Shown here in pieces: positions 38,701-51,688 of a stretch of DNA of 64,000 nt. Source of the DNA: Psilocybe cubensis (Eukaryota); the NCBI GenBank assembly GCA_017499595.2, contig CM039000.1, positions 1,798,001 through 1,862,000 on the forward strand. The letters are read 5' to 3'. A program made the translations under genes and the position numbers. The notes beneath the pieces are model-generated. The model was given only the letters and a program-made list of their open reading frames with translations, was not told the DNA's origin and ran no database searches. Every line of letters begins with the position of its first letter. The first letter of the stretch is position 1.

Positions 38701-39946
38701 CTCCAGAGTCGGGGATAGACGAATGTCTCGACCATTTTGTGGGTTCGCCTGATGCGGCGTGCCTTCTGTAGATGTATTTCGAGATGTTTTGGGTTCCCAA
38801 AGTCCTTCCATCTCTTCGATAATATCCAAAGCTCCTCCCCACTGCCCTGCGTTGACCAATCCTTTTGCAACACCAGTCATCTCGGTGACAGTGCCGATCA
38901 TCTTCACGCCGTCCCGCACTTTGCCAAGATTCGACATTTTGGACTCCTTCCGGACCATTTCGAGCCCACGCTTAGCTCCATTGTTGTCGACGTCTTGCAG
39001 CTGGGTACGTAGTTTGCTAATTCTATTTAGACAGCGTTCGGACTCTGCTTGGAGATCGTGGAGGTTGGTAAGGGCAGCAAAGAAAGACGTTGAACGGATT
39101 GATATTTCTCGCACGAGGTGCTGTTCGACTGTATCAGCATAATGAGAGAATTTCTCCAGCAGAGGTAATGAGTGAGAGAGAGAAAATGGATCTGGATCGT
39201 CCTGAACCCCCGGAAGAATAGCAGAAGTGTCTTGTTCGGTCACATTCGCGAATGTTTTTGGATCTCCCAAATTAAAGTCTTTCTGGAAAAAGACTGACGG
39301 CACTGAGTCAAGCGGTGGTATAGACTTTCCATTCTGGTGAGAAACTGACGATGACCGATGTCCTGTAGGTGGCTCATCCCCTGCCATAGAATTACGTGGT
39401 GTCCACTGACTGTCCTCAATCTGTGCTTGACCATCACGGCCAACCTGTGTATTATGCTGATACCGATCCCATTCTGGTGTAATGGCACGAAGGTAAGATT
39501 CGAAATCCTTGCGGCGCACGCGAGGAAGATCAGCAGGCGGTACAGGGGGAAGTAACGAGTGCGCTTTCGGAGGAGCTTGTCGTTTGTGGGGGTTGTTCAG
39601 CACCGTTGAGATTGCTGTGTACATATATTTATGAGCTTTGGATACGAAGCGTGATAGAAGCACGATGCATACCATGAAATCCAGTACGTGAACTGCTCCA
39701 GTCAGAAGGCATGGCACCAAGGGCAAGGGAGGTCGTTGAGGCATTCAAGAAGCCTAGGGGATGAGCCCCTCCGAAGTCATCGCCCCCTCTACCCTCTGTC
39801 GTTCCGGAGACACTCTCAGGACCAGGTCTGCGAGAAGCAGGATCCCATGTAAAGCGATAGGGACGCGCAGTTGGTAACTGGTCCGGCGGTGCGAGAGTGT
39901 TGATGGGGGAGGTAGCTCTGGAGGGTATGGAGGACACGTCAGACAT
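35788..39946 (-). CDS. VPS54: GARP complex subunit Vps54
   Basis: LEKFSHYADTVEQHLVREISIRSTSFFAAL, FNSRTCQVVLGAGAMRSAGLKNITAKHL, YMELLVKETVTLHKVLSRYL. Confidence 0.95.
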
Positions 39947-40095
39947 GGTATATGGTGGGCGATGACAATGGTGGAAGGGCTAGATGCGCATATAACCACT
40001 AGGGACGGTGGAGACGTAGTGGCGGCGAGAGATTGAGTGACTAAAATGAGCCACGACTTGCTTATAATATTTTTATTTATGTAACTTCTTAACTG

Positions 40096-41106
40096 ATGGC
40101 GCCCTTCTTCTCCGTTCCCCCTTCAATCGTCGCCTTCAATGCCCACTTCCCCCTCAAAACATATCCGCCAATAAAGTCTTCTAATAAGGTCCACATAGAT
40201 GCACCGACACTATGGATACACCCACCGAGGTCTACCTCTCAACCCATAGACAATCTCCTAAGCTCGGACGTAGAATGCCTCAAATGGCAAGCATACCTGG
40301 CACTTCGCAACCTCAGAAACGTTAAACTGCGATGGGATATTTCTCCTGATGGGAGCATAGACGGTGCACTACCTAATTTGCATGTACCCATATCCGACGC
40401 TCTATCCATCGCTCAAAAGCCAACCACAAATGGTGCAGAGGATGGCGAACTTCTTGCGGCTCATTCCATTCCATCATGGGTCGATGCAAAGCTCGGTGTT
40501 GACTCTAGTTCCGATCCTTTAGAAGGCTACAAAGACTCTGCTGCTCGGGTTGAGAGCAGAGCCTGGGTATCTCTTCTCGAAGGTGTTGTCCATGCTGCGT
40601 TGGTATGTATCTTTCAGTTCATGCTTCATTGGTAACTCACTTAGTATTGATTAAACAGTTAACATCTACTCCAACGCCATCGTATATTCACTCCCTCTTA
40701 TTCCCAAAGCCTATGCCTCCTATCAGTGAAAGCCTTCAAAAAATCCTTTCGCCGCCTCCAGCACCATTGACGGGTTTATGTTCATTGATTCCTCCGAGTG
40801 GTGCGCGCATCAACACCTCTGCGATCCTTTCTCAGTACAAGGATGCGATTGCGTCTCTCTCTGACCGGCTTGGCACGGATAACTGGTTCTTGAGTTCACA
40901 GTATGCCTTCTTTTTTGAAATATACATTCATGTAATAATTTTTTTCTTTCAGAGAACCTACACCGCTTGATGCTCTAGCGTTTGCATACTTGCATTCCAT
41001 CCTGCACTCTTCGGATATCGTCAGGATCGAGGTTACACGACGTGTTAATCTCGTTGCCTGGGAATGGAAAGTTCGTCGCATTGTACGGGAAGCTTTCGTC
41101 ATATAG
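40096..41106 (+). CDS. Metaxin/SAM35-like mitochondrial outer-membrane SAM complex protein
   Basis: HFPLKTYP, LSSDVECLKWQAYL, SPDGSIDGALPNL, GST-like C-terminus LSDRLGTDNWFL...PTPLDALAFAYLH. Confidence 0.8.
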
Positions 41107-41341
41107 TTATCATGCAAGCAACACCCCACAATAAACTTGGGGATATATAATGTACGTGGACTACGATGCAAAGGAGACTGGTATATTTGCAAAAATCATC
41201 ATATTTGCAAAACAAATTTTTTCTAGTCTAGATTGTTCTTCCTTTGTGAACCCCGTCCTCGTAGCTGTTATATGAAATGATATTAGGGAGATTATATATA
41301 TGGTCCAAGATTGTTGCGTAGATGGTTAATAGGAGATGGCA

Positions 41342-42547
41342 TCATGAACGGTCTTCGCTAATAGGAAGAGGTTGTGGTGGGCCATTATTTATATGAGTAG
41401 GTATTTCGTCTGCACCGGTCAACTTGACTTGATCGTTGTCACCAAAGCGTTTGCGAAGGGCAGCAATCATTTTGTAGAACCTGCGATTTTTCGGATCAGT
41501 CTCCGTGATGGTGATACGAGTACAATGGAATCCATACCAGAACCAGTTGAGGCTTTGAAGGATAACATTTCCGGTACCATATACCAAGGTATAAGCGATA
41601 GGAATCTCCTTCTTGACTTCTATCAGAGTGATTAAGAAATTGACGGACTGCATCGGAATGAAGGTCAACAAGCAGTCGAAGTGCATTATTCAGAAACGTA
41701 CAATGTAACCTCCATAAACTATGCGGACCAAAAAGAAAGACGTAAGGAGAAAGAATCCATTGATCAGCTGAGCTCGTGTGCCAGTACGACCAGTTTTGTC
41801 TAGGAACCTGTGAACAATGTTAGAAAATGAATACCCCTTGAGTATAAGTGCCCACCAATGGTTGTTTAGGAAAAATGTGCTAGTCTCCCAAAGCAGACAC
41901 CTAGTGCCATAGTATGCCACAAAAGGTTTCTACGAGGTACCTGTCAGTCTACTTGACATGAAAACGCGGAAGTGACGCACATAAGACATCGTGTAAATGA
42001 AGAAGCAGGCTACTCCGTGAGCGACGAATCCAGGATCAATGAAATTGACGATGGCATCCAAAGTATCCCACAAAAAGTATCTTCGAAGTCGCACACACGT
42101 TCAGCCTAAACTGTAGTATAATTCAGAGGATCAAAATACGTACCCGCTGGCAATGGCGTGGACATATCCAACTCTGGCATCCCATCCAAAGGCTTTATCG
42201 AGAGACCGGTCTGCATCCTCATTCAGGATGCTATACAATGCATACGGCACAATGATCAGAACATGGACTTGAGAGACGACATGTATTGACCTAAACGACG
42301 TCGGTCAGGTACTTTGCTTCTGAACAAACGATATAATGACTACTGCACGCATGACGACTCACCAATTGTTTTTGGCTGCCTTGCTTTTTCCTGCATATGC
42401 GGTGGGAAACCAACGAGCACTCAACACTGGCGCGATGACTTGATGCACTAGAAGGAAGCCAAGGAATGCCCAGTAGAAAGTAGAGAGGTAAGGGGGGAAC
42501 TTGGTTAACCCCAGAGTCTCTGAGATGAATTTTTCGAAAAAAGCCAT
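41342..42547 (-). CDS. TLC (TRAM/LAG1/CLN8) domain membrane protein, TMEM56/Tda4-like
   Basis: Multiple TM segments; ASGYFLWDTL, GFVAHGVAC, LLWETSTFFLNNHWFLDK, FFLVRIVYG, LNWFWFYKMI. Confidence 0.88.
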
Positions 42548-42969
42548 TGGGGAGGCAATGCAGGAGTTGAGAATAAGCGGACTCGGACTTGCAACTGGGA
42601 CGTAACGAGTGATCGTACGATTGCGTGTACGAGACGCTAACACCGGGAAGCTCAGCCTACCGTGGGGAGAAGAGTACAGGCAAGCTTGTCCGCTCGCTGT
42701 GATTAGCTGGTATTTTTGAAGGTAGAATTTGTAGAGACAGTAAGTAGTGTCTCGTGCACAAAGGAGGATCGTAACCGGGATAAATTTAGGTTTCCGTTAT
42801 GTAGTGACAGCTGGTCAATGTATGACAACCACTGGCAGCCGATTATTTAATCCGAAATTACATCTTATCAAGCAAAGACACCAAACTCTCCGACCACGAT
42901 GCAAAATTTAACTGCCATAGTCCGCAAGAACTTCAGCTGAACTTCGATATATTTCTACAATCAAGAGAA

Positions 42970-45089
42970 TCAAGCGACCCCCGCCCTAGACAAAGTCCAT
43001 CTGTCAACAAAGCCCTTCAGTCGTTTCCAATGATCATCTTTGGAAAATGTTCCCTGCACTTCCTCTTCAAGAGATTTTGAAAGGGTATGCAGTTGTTTCA
43101 TCCTTGTCCTCGTTTCAGTCTCCAGTTCGCGTGTGTTGGCAGAAAATTCAAAAGGCGGACATGAGTTTAAAGTCGACTGAGAGTAAATGCCAGGTAGCAA
43201 AGGATGTACAGGTCTTAGAAAATTTGTTAGCGATATCCCAATAATGCATATATCGGCGTACCTCAGGGAGCAGTCGGCTATGACATTTGTTGCCCAATAT
43301 CTATGTGATCTTTCCGAATTCTCCGCTTTAGATTTGAGCAAACGTAGTTGCACTAAAATATCCTCTTTGTCAAGAAGTAGTGTGGGCGAACCATTCCCTA
43401 CATATAAAAACGCAGCTCAAGCGTAAGCTCAATCCTGAACCCAAGGCAACGCACTTGTGCAATAAGTCAAGGCGAGTTTGAGCTCGTGTTGAAGTTCATC
43501 TTCCATATCAAGGCGCGTTTGGTTTTTATTACCAATGCTGGCTTCTGTATCAATTTCTGCGAGCTCTTCTCTAAGAGTTTGAAGGGTCGATTCTGCATCT
43601 CGAGTAAAATGTATGACTTGAAGGATACTATTGTGCAAGCTTTGGAGCAGTGATAGGGCGAAATTGAGAGAAGAAGACACCTAGAGTTTCAATAAGGCGA
43701 TTGCTCTAGGTTCAAAGTGCATGATCACACACATCATATAATTCCTCTTCATGACACCGTATAATGGAAAGTTGATCCTTCTTCCAGGCACCAATAATGT
43801 TTTCGTTAACTGAATTCGCGTCAGTGGTTCCGAATGGATGGGGATCAATTTCTTCATCCGAGTCAATTGGAACCAGGGATTTGGCGAATCGGTCGAACGA
43901 ATATTGTGGGTTACTTGAGAGCTGGCTTTGAAGTATTCCAGAAATGTCAATTAATTCTTGTAACAAGGCCTGAGATTGTTCTGAATCTGGTATTTCTTGT
44001 GCCAGCATACCAATGTGTGTGGATTTCAAAGTATTGCTCAGTCTCTTAGCTTCGTAGTTTAAATCTTGTAGTCGGCGCAACTCCTTTTTGCGCAGTTCGT
44101 AATATCGAGTTAAGTAGGTCTGAAGGTTCTTTGTAACACCGAAAAGACGTGCTTGTATCATTTTAAGAGGTGCCTGTCCCGAAACACCTGCGCTCATCAT
44201 TAATGAATGTCAATTGAGTTAACAAAGATGGTAATGATACCCATTTCCATATGTTCGACGGCGCCACTGGGACTAGGACGTAAATAGCATTCGTAGGCAC
44301 AGAGTAGGCCATGAGCGGAATTTACAGTGGAAGTGATGGTCGCGTCCACCTGAAAATGACAACACCAATGTTGGATATTTCTTGCTTTAAAATATCAGTA
44401 CTGTATATACGCACACCAATAGAGAGTTCTGATAAAGCTTCGTTCGATTCTGTAATAACCGAGGCCAACGATCCAGCGATGCTTCTTAACAGCTTGAGGG
44501 TTCTGGTAGATCTTTTTCGCTCATTCCTGAATCCAAAAGCAGTCAGACGAAACGGATTTGTCTCCAACCATGTACGATGTACTTGGTTTGAGATATTTTC
44601 ATCCTCAGTTCATTAGCCTCGCATTGAATTACTTGTGTTTCGTTTCTTATATAGTTGGCATGCTTTCTGGGAACGGTGGTAAGCAGTTGACATGATCATG
44701 TCAATTGTGGATCAACTTTGATTGAGAAGGCAGCATATAATCGCTGGGAGCCACTATAATGGGCTTGGTGTAATTATTTGCGGAAGAGTCGATGGTATTC
44801 AAACTAAAGAAATAGAGAGACATAAGTCGAGAAATTAGGTGTTCCAAATGCGTACGCACATTGACATTTCTTCTTCCTCTAAGAGTATATCCCTCAAAGA
44901 GGCAACCCGTTCCTCGTCTGCAGTGTATTCTTCTGTTAAATTGGTTGAAACTTGAGAAGTTAGCCAGTCTAAAAGAAGCTTTCCACCCTCAAGATCACAA
45001 AGGACTTTCAAGTTCGAGTCGTTGTCATAAGAGTGTCCAACCACCGAATGTAACAATAGACATAAGCGATGAGTTAGATCAGTTTCCAT
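42970..45089 (-). CDS. Hypothetical coiled-coil protein (possibly augmin HAUS3-like)
   Basis: Chain of same-strand ORFs (44835-45155, 44322-44567, 43712-44200, 43429-43680, 42970-43353) separated by short intron-like gaps; heptad-rich; N-terminal LLLDWL...ILLEEEE pattern; family is a guess and splicing not fully traced. Confidence 0.55.
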
Positions 45090-46086
45090 TATACGGATTG
45101 CTGGAGGACATGAATTAAATGGCGCATGCCACGAGTTATTGGTAGTATACGACACGAATTGTTGTTGAAAGAAGATTAGACAATAGCTCGGTACTGACGC
45201 ATCGACTCGACGTGCCTGGACGCGCCATTTATTTCTTCAGGATTTTAACTCCGATTTAATTCTCCGCCGGAGCTCTCCGCCTCTCCCGAACATCTGGCCG
45301 TACAACTATTTAACTGCTAAGCGCTCTTTCATATGGCCTACCATTTGACTTTGTATGCTTACAAGACCAGGTACCGTCGGAGAGAGACTGGGGATAAATC
45401 GATATCAACGACGCTGCCCGCAACACCAAAACAGGTCAGACGGCATACAGTGTGAATATCAATGTTATATATGACTTTTGTCCAGAATCGTCTGTCAGTA
45501 ACTATGTAATTTGAAGTATTTTCTTCACCTGTTCAGTTGAATGTCTGAAATAAAAGTCCAGTGATTTTATGACATCCTACCACGCGCGATTCATCGTTCA
45601 ACCACATAGGCACTTTTACTTTCAAAGGAAGCCAATCACGTTTTAATTTCACTTTTAGCAAGGCCTTGCTGGCGAGGAACGACGTTGGGGTTATATTCCA
45701 GGCAAAGTAAAAAAAAATGTACATACATATATGTGTTAAAAATGTGAAAGTTTCAAGTTCTGAGATACATAATACATAAAATAGGTGCATAAAGTATACA
45801 AACAACGGTGTTAAATTGAATGTATGAAAATCTTATTCATTGGGAAGTTGAATGTTTGAATGTAGTTTGAATAGCGTCACAAGTACTTCCTAAGTTGTGC
45901 TCGAGGAGTCAACGTGAAGTGATTTATGAACAACTTGAACAAAGGGGTGAGAGTGGCCATGAAAATGAGAAGTGATGCATTGTAGGTAGAGCTGTAGAAA
46001 GTGGACAGTAAATGGCAGTTCAAAAATCAAGTAAGGGAGAACTTGAAGACGCACTCTTCACAATGAGGATGTCATTTAAAAAAATA

Positions 46087-47089
46087 TCATACAAAAGAAG
46101 ACAGAGACCAGATAAGATAGACCAAACCAATCAGTCCCATACTGGGAGGAGCAGACCAATGTAGAGTAGCGCCATCCACAAGAGGCACAGATGCTCCGAT
46201 TGTCTCATTTAAGCAGGTCAACAAAGTGGTGTCAATGGGACTGGGTAAAGGTGTGTCGGGAGTTCCTTCTGCTTCGAGGGCGCCGGTATTATTGTAATTA
46301 TCCAAAGTCAACACGACGCTGCTGGCGCGGTAATATTCAACCGCTTGCTCCGGTTTGGGAGAGCTCAAAGAATCATTGTAAGTGGATGGTTCAATGGTAT
46401 CGGGATTTTCCAAAGAAGATGAGCAGTTGGATTTAATGTCTTCGATGAGGGAAATGATCGTAGAGTTGTCGGCAACCACTCTATAAGTTGAGTTCTCCGA
46501 GGTCGAAGGAAAGGCGGCTGTCATCAGAATCCCCCCGGGCCGACTGGTATTATCAAACCGACCGTACTTGAAAAAAAGAAAAACAATAAGCTCTTATTTT
46601 TTTCACCACATGCAACCATGAATACCTCTGAGTTATGTAGATATGCAGCGGTGCCAACGCCAGCAACACCTCCCCAGGCCAAAGGCCAGAAAAAGAAAGG
46701 GAAACCACGGCCGGACACCCCACGACCTGTTTCTCCAGGATAACCACTTCCATATTGCCTATGGAAATGATAAGTTCGTTGCAATAGTTAATTTCCAAGC
46801 TATTAACACACCTATTGCCAAAAACTTGGTCTCTATTACCGCCTCCAGCGCTCCGACCTGCAAACAATTGGCCAGATGGAATAGTAGTAGCTTTGCCGCC
46901 CCCAAAACCATAAGAGGTCGCTGGTTTGGTTGTGCCCGAGCCCACATTGATAGGACTCGACCTACTTGACCCTCTTCCAGAACCTGATCCCCCGGACCTT
47001 CCACCGCCACCGGAACCACCGCTTTTACCACCACCTTTCCTTCGGTGCAATTGTTGATCTGAGCGTTTGGACAAGAAAGGAACCAACAT
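46087..47089 (-). CDS. Glycine-rich fungal protein with C-terminal hydrophobic (GPI/TM) tail
   Basis: RRKGGGKSGGSGGGG, FAGRSAGGGNRDQVFGN|QYGSGYPG, GRGFPFFFWP, EYYRASSVVLTLDNYNN, CLNETIGASVPLVD; 2 introns. Confidence 0.8.
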
Positions 47090-47831
47090 CTGATAGACTG
47101 GGAGAGTTGTTTGGAAGATGTGGTAGTGGTCAAACCAACGCAAGAGAATTAATCAGCGCGGAAGTACATGGTATAATAAGATATGGGCTAGAAAACTGTG
47201 CATGCCCGAGATCGAGATCACATGTGCGGGGTAAGTTTCCCCATAAGGTGCCCTTATAGCGCACATGCTGAGAGCTCTGGCAAAACGAAGTTGGTGGAAG
47301 ACATGTACACAGGGTACGATACTGTCTTTAGTGCATCGCATGCTATGTCCTTTCCTATTGCTTGTGTCAACGCCCGACACACGGCGGAGCAGGCTTCAAG
47401 ATGTTTTTATTTGAAAGTTGCCATCCAGGTTGTGCTGTGAGCCTCATGTACTTACGGGATGCTTGGATGAATTGCGCCACACATTCTATAGCTAGTAATT
47501 CCACTATAGGCAAGCGATCTATTTTAAAGATCATCAGGGGCAATTAATAAAATAACCAGCGATACTACTCGACGGGTGTGCGAGCAAGGTGTCTCAGAAG
47601 CAGAATGGACAGTCGTTGAGAATGAAGCTTATTTTGAGAGAGCTCATCCATCAGACTTGAAAACAGAACATCCACCAAGATGCACTACTATTCGCTTAAA
47701 CAGACCTAATCACCGTGAACTGACATCATTGTCCTTGACTAACCACATACCAGAACCGTTACAGAGGTATTTGAATAATCCACGGAAAAGGCAGATAGAA
47801 CTCCATGACGATTTTTGAGGGTGTCAGTCTA

Positions 47832-48825
47832 CTACGTGGAGGCTTTGGCCGATTTTTCTAGTTTGGTTATAGCGCTTTCGATTCTATCCGGGGATTCCTT
47901 GAGGTTATGGAGTGCTGGAGTAACTGGGCATAAATATATAGTGAGCTTTGTTTTCAAACAACAACCATCGAGCGGCAACAAGATTACCGATGCTTGCTAC
48001 TGCTGAATGAATAGAAAGCCATAATTCGTCCCTTTCATGGTACTCTCTTTCGAGTTCCTTATATGCGCGCTCAATGTTACCCTGGAGCATCAGTTAGACG
48101 GCGAATGCATGCATATATGAAGAAAAATGACCGTTATTTCTTCGTACACCTCCTTCATGTGTATGTGTTGCGCATACATTGACTTTTCGATATCCTTGCA
48201 AGCAGCATTGAAAAGCGCAAGTCCTTGACCGTATGTAACGTCGACATTCTTTTCCAGTACCTGTATAACAGCTTTAACGCGGTTATGTGTAGGGACCAAT
48301 GTCTGGGCAATTTCTTTCTTCAAACGTTTGCCTTGGTCAGTGAATGGGGCTTGAAGAGTCTCGACCATTGCATCCAAGTACTCGTCTCCGTTTTGTTCGG
48401 GCCTGTACAATGCTTTAGAGATGGACATTAACGAGTCTGCCCATCTCACCCCGTTTCCATGAGTTCAGACAGAAGCGTCGCTTCCTCATCCCAGTGAAAC
48501 GATGAGTCGCCGTCGGGATCCCGGTCTACACTGTCAATGCCACAGTGTCGGTCGGCCTTGAACTGAGTAGTATCGTCCGAGACAAGACCTCGGTAATCAC
48601 GGGAGCCTGTGTTAACGTTCCTGGTGTGATCATCACAGATTGCCAGTCCATGTGAGTTGGCATTGACGGCCTGTGAAGTGGGTATATATGATGTTGAAGG
48701 TCGTTTTCCATGATAGGGCGCTGTATTTAAGAGGTGAGTAATGCGGCAGAGATATGAGCGCTCGCTTCACATGATTTTCTGGGAATATTATTTATTTTTC
48801 TGTGATGATGCGGAAACCGGTCCAT
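47832..48825 (-). CDS. Hypothetical helical/coiled-coil protein, 5 exons
   Basis: Manual splicing gives MDRFPHHHRK...FHWDEEATLLSELMETG|PEQNGDEYLD...IESAITKLEKSAKAST*. Confidence 0.65.
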
Positions 48826-49052
48826 GGCGGTTCAGGTCCAAAAAGTGAATTCAAACTCCGACGCTCATTCGCCTGTCTTGTCAGGTTGGCAATTCTTCAG
48901 CCTCAACCCCTCCAACCTTGCCGTTGCCCTGTCCATTCTCCGAGGTTTCACACCCTTTCTTCACCCTCCTTCTTGTACTCTTCGCGTCTTTGCTGCTGTG
49001 GCCAGCGCTTTGATTCCATCTCTTCCTTTGTTACAAAAGTATATCAGCGACA

Positions 49053-49471
49053 ATGAACGCCAGACCGCACAAAGTCAGCATTCTAGTTCAAATGGGTATT
49101 CTCTGTGTCCGTGCTCATCGAATGACAGCAATCCATGTCAGAGCTGAAGCTCCGCAGGTTAACAGAGCACAATCAGCGGTTGCGGGAAGATTTGGCCAGA
49201 CCGAGAGTTCGCGTTAGTGAGGCCAGTGCAAGGTGCGCCCCTTTTGATTATTGTGTTGTCGCAACATTCTTACACTATTCTCAGCCTCATTCGTTATTGC
49301 AAGACGACGAAGGATCATCTTGTGCGTCTATTCTTTAATTTTGTGTAACCCCTGATGGACCCCCAGTCCTGATGACACGTCTCCTAGATCCCGTCCGTTT
49401 GGGGGCCAGTCACCAAAAGCGAAGACCCATACGCGCCTCCAGCGCAGGGATGCAACTGTGCGATAATGTAA
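49053..49471 (+). CDS. Heterotrimeric G-protein gamma subunit, paralog 1
   Basis: [60 protein letters not shown]...CNCAIM*; CaaX; 3 introns. Confidence 0.95.
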
Positions 49472-50223
49472 TTGCTACAGCCTCTCGGTCACGGCGCTCC
49501 TCGAGAGATGAGAGGCAAGGATACTTGCATTCGGGCGGCATGGATCCATTCCTTGATATTGGCGGTCGGTCTCCGTACTCCTGAATCCATGTTTGGGCAG
49601 CCGAGTTGGATGCATATACCTTTTTATTGACATCTATGTTCGACTCACATTCCTTAATATCTGCTTTCTTCCTCCTATCATTTGAATGAATTCGGTATAA
49701 TGACATCTCCGGAGGAATCCAAACAAGTTGGCCCGCATTATTCTTATTCTATTCGTCCAGACCGCTCTGTTGACTCTTGTCTGAGTGTCGACCTTTTATT
49801 TAAGCCACATTCAACCCATTTACTACAGTATATACCTGATATCCTATTTGATTTCCCTACGATGGTATTAAAACGGTGTGAATTCACATAAACACGCGGA
49901 CTTGAACAAATTTAATGTTGTCTGATGTGATTGTGAGAGTCTGATGGAAGTCCAGTTTCGGCATGGCTGTTCACATGGGTGCAGCGACAAGGACAGTAGC
50001 AAAACAGTCATCCCCAGATTATAACCACTACATTCCCCCGCCTCTCCGCCCTTGAAATTTCTCTGTCATACACTTTCCTTCGTTGCTCGGTACAGCCATT
50101 ACACAAAGCCATCTGTTTTCGTCCGTGAGTTGCCTTCCATTCTCACGAGCTGCTGGACCGAGAACCTCAACGTCCTATTTGTGTTTTATTCTTTTTTCCA
50201 GCTATCTTTGAATCAAAATCATC

Positions 50224-50584
50224 ATGAGCTCACGCACGGGCGGAAGGCAGTCTATGTCAGAGCTGAAGCTCCGTCGTTTGATAGAACACAATCAACGCCT
50301 ACGTGAGGATCTCGCTAGGCCAAGAGTCAGAGTCAGCGAAGCTAGCGCTAGGTACGCTTACACCTTCTCCTGCTCACTTGCGCCCTCTGATTGTGTTTTC
50401 CGTCCAGCCTTATTCGATACTGCAAAACTACAAAGGATCATCTGGTTCGTACAAAGCGTCCCTTTCCTTTCGTCAGTCGCATTAACTGGGTATCGTTTAG
50501 GTACCTTCCGTCTGGGGTCCAGTCGGTCGAGCTGAAGATCCTTACGGACAGCAAACTACTGGAAAATGCTGTAGCATTCAATGA
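50224..50584 (+). CDS. Heterotrimeric G-protein gamma subunit, paralog 2
   Basis: [26 protein letters not shown]...[18 protein letters not shown]...KCCSIQ*; CaaX; 2 introns. Confidence 0.95.
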
Positions 50585-51052
50585 TCATGGCCCCGACTAC
50601 ACATATCCCTGTCGGATAACAATCGTTTCAAACTCGACTTTCTTACCTTGGGAGGTCGTGAGACGACGTATACCTCGGAATGGACCCGTAGACATATCGT
50701 AGCAAAGCACTTTGCTTCACTTTTCCTTTCTTTTATCGTCATCATGCAGCAACTGTAACACCATTTACCATATCTCCTGTTCGTCACCTCCAACCTTACA
50801 TACTTTTTTGCTGGATGTTGACTTTCCTTGTTCTACTGGCTTTTCATTTTTATTTGTCATTTTTTTCTCGCTGGAATCAACATTTGTGGAATTCGAATGG
50901 CAATTTTGCCGTCTTTGCTTTCTTGTAGTATATTCGTATTATTTCTCATATTTATGAACACAGAAATGGCCCTCAACCTTTCTCATTTCCTGCAAGAGTC
51001 TGTATGAGGGCAACATGCTCAATCTTTCCTGCCCCGAAGTAGCCAAACACAT

Positions 51053-51688
51053 TCACAACTTGCTGAGAAAATCTTTTACTCCAGCTTCATTTATTGCTCC
51101 AACAAATTGTGTAATGGGCGAGCCATTTCTGAACGCAATAACGGTGGGCAATGCGCGGACCTTGGCAATCCCTAGAGTAAGAACTCATGAGCGTACGCAA
51201 CATTGACGTAGCAAGTACCTTGTACAATCCCCCTAAACGCTGACCATCCTCGCTCTCAGTGTCGACTTTAACCAAGTCCAACGGTAAACCGGAACCAGAT
51301 GTAGAAGGTTCCTTGGTTAACTTCTCGAGAACAGGAGCTAATTGATGACACGGTCCACACCAACTATTGGTTTAGAAAGTGAGTCTCAAACTTGAAGGAA
51401 GAAGCTTCAAGATGACTGACTCGGCGTAAAAGTCGACGAGCGCAATTCGATCCGTAGCCTCTATTGCTTTTTCAAACGTCTAAGAATCAAGCAACTGTCA
51501 ATATCATTAATAGTCATTTAAGATTCACTGCGAGTTATAGGACAACACGACAAACTTACTGACTGGTCCACTTTGGAATACAGGACATATCGAGGAGATG
51601 ACAGATGGAACCTGCGGGTACTTGCAGAAAGGCAGCTTCGTAGAGAAGCTGAAGCCCGAGTCGAGGCTTTGTGTAGTATCGTAGACAT
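51053..51688 (-). CDS. Thioredoxin, mitochondrial type
   Basis: LVDFYAD|WCGPC active site, VRALPTVIAF; Arg/Ser-rich presequence; 3 introns. Confidence 0.93.
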
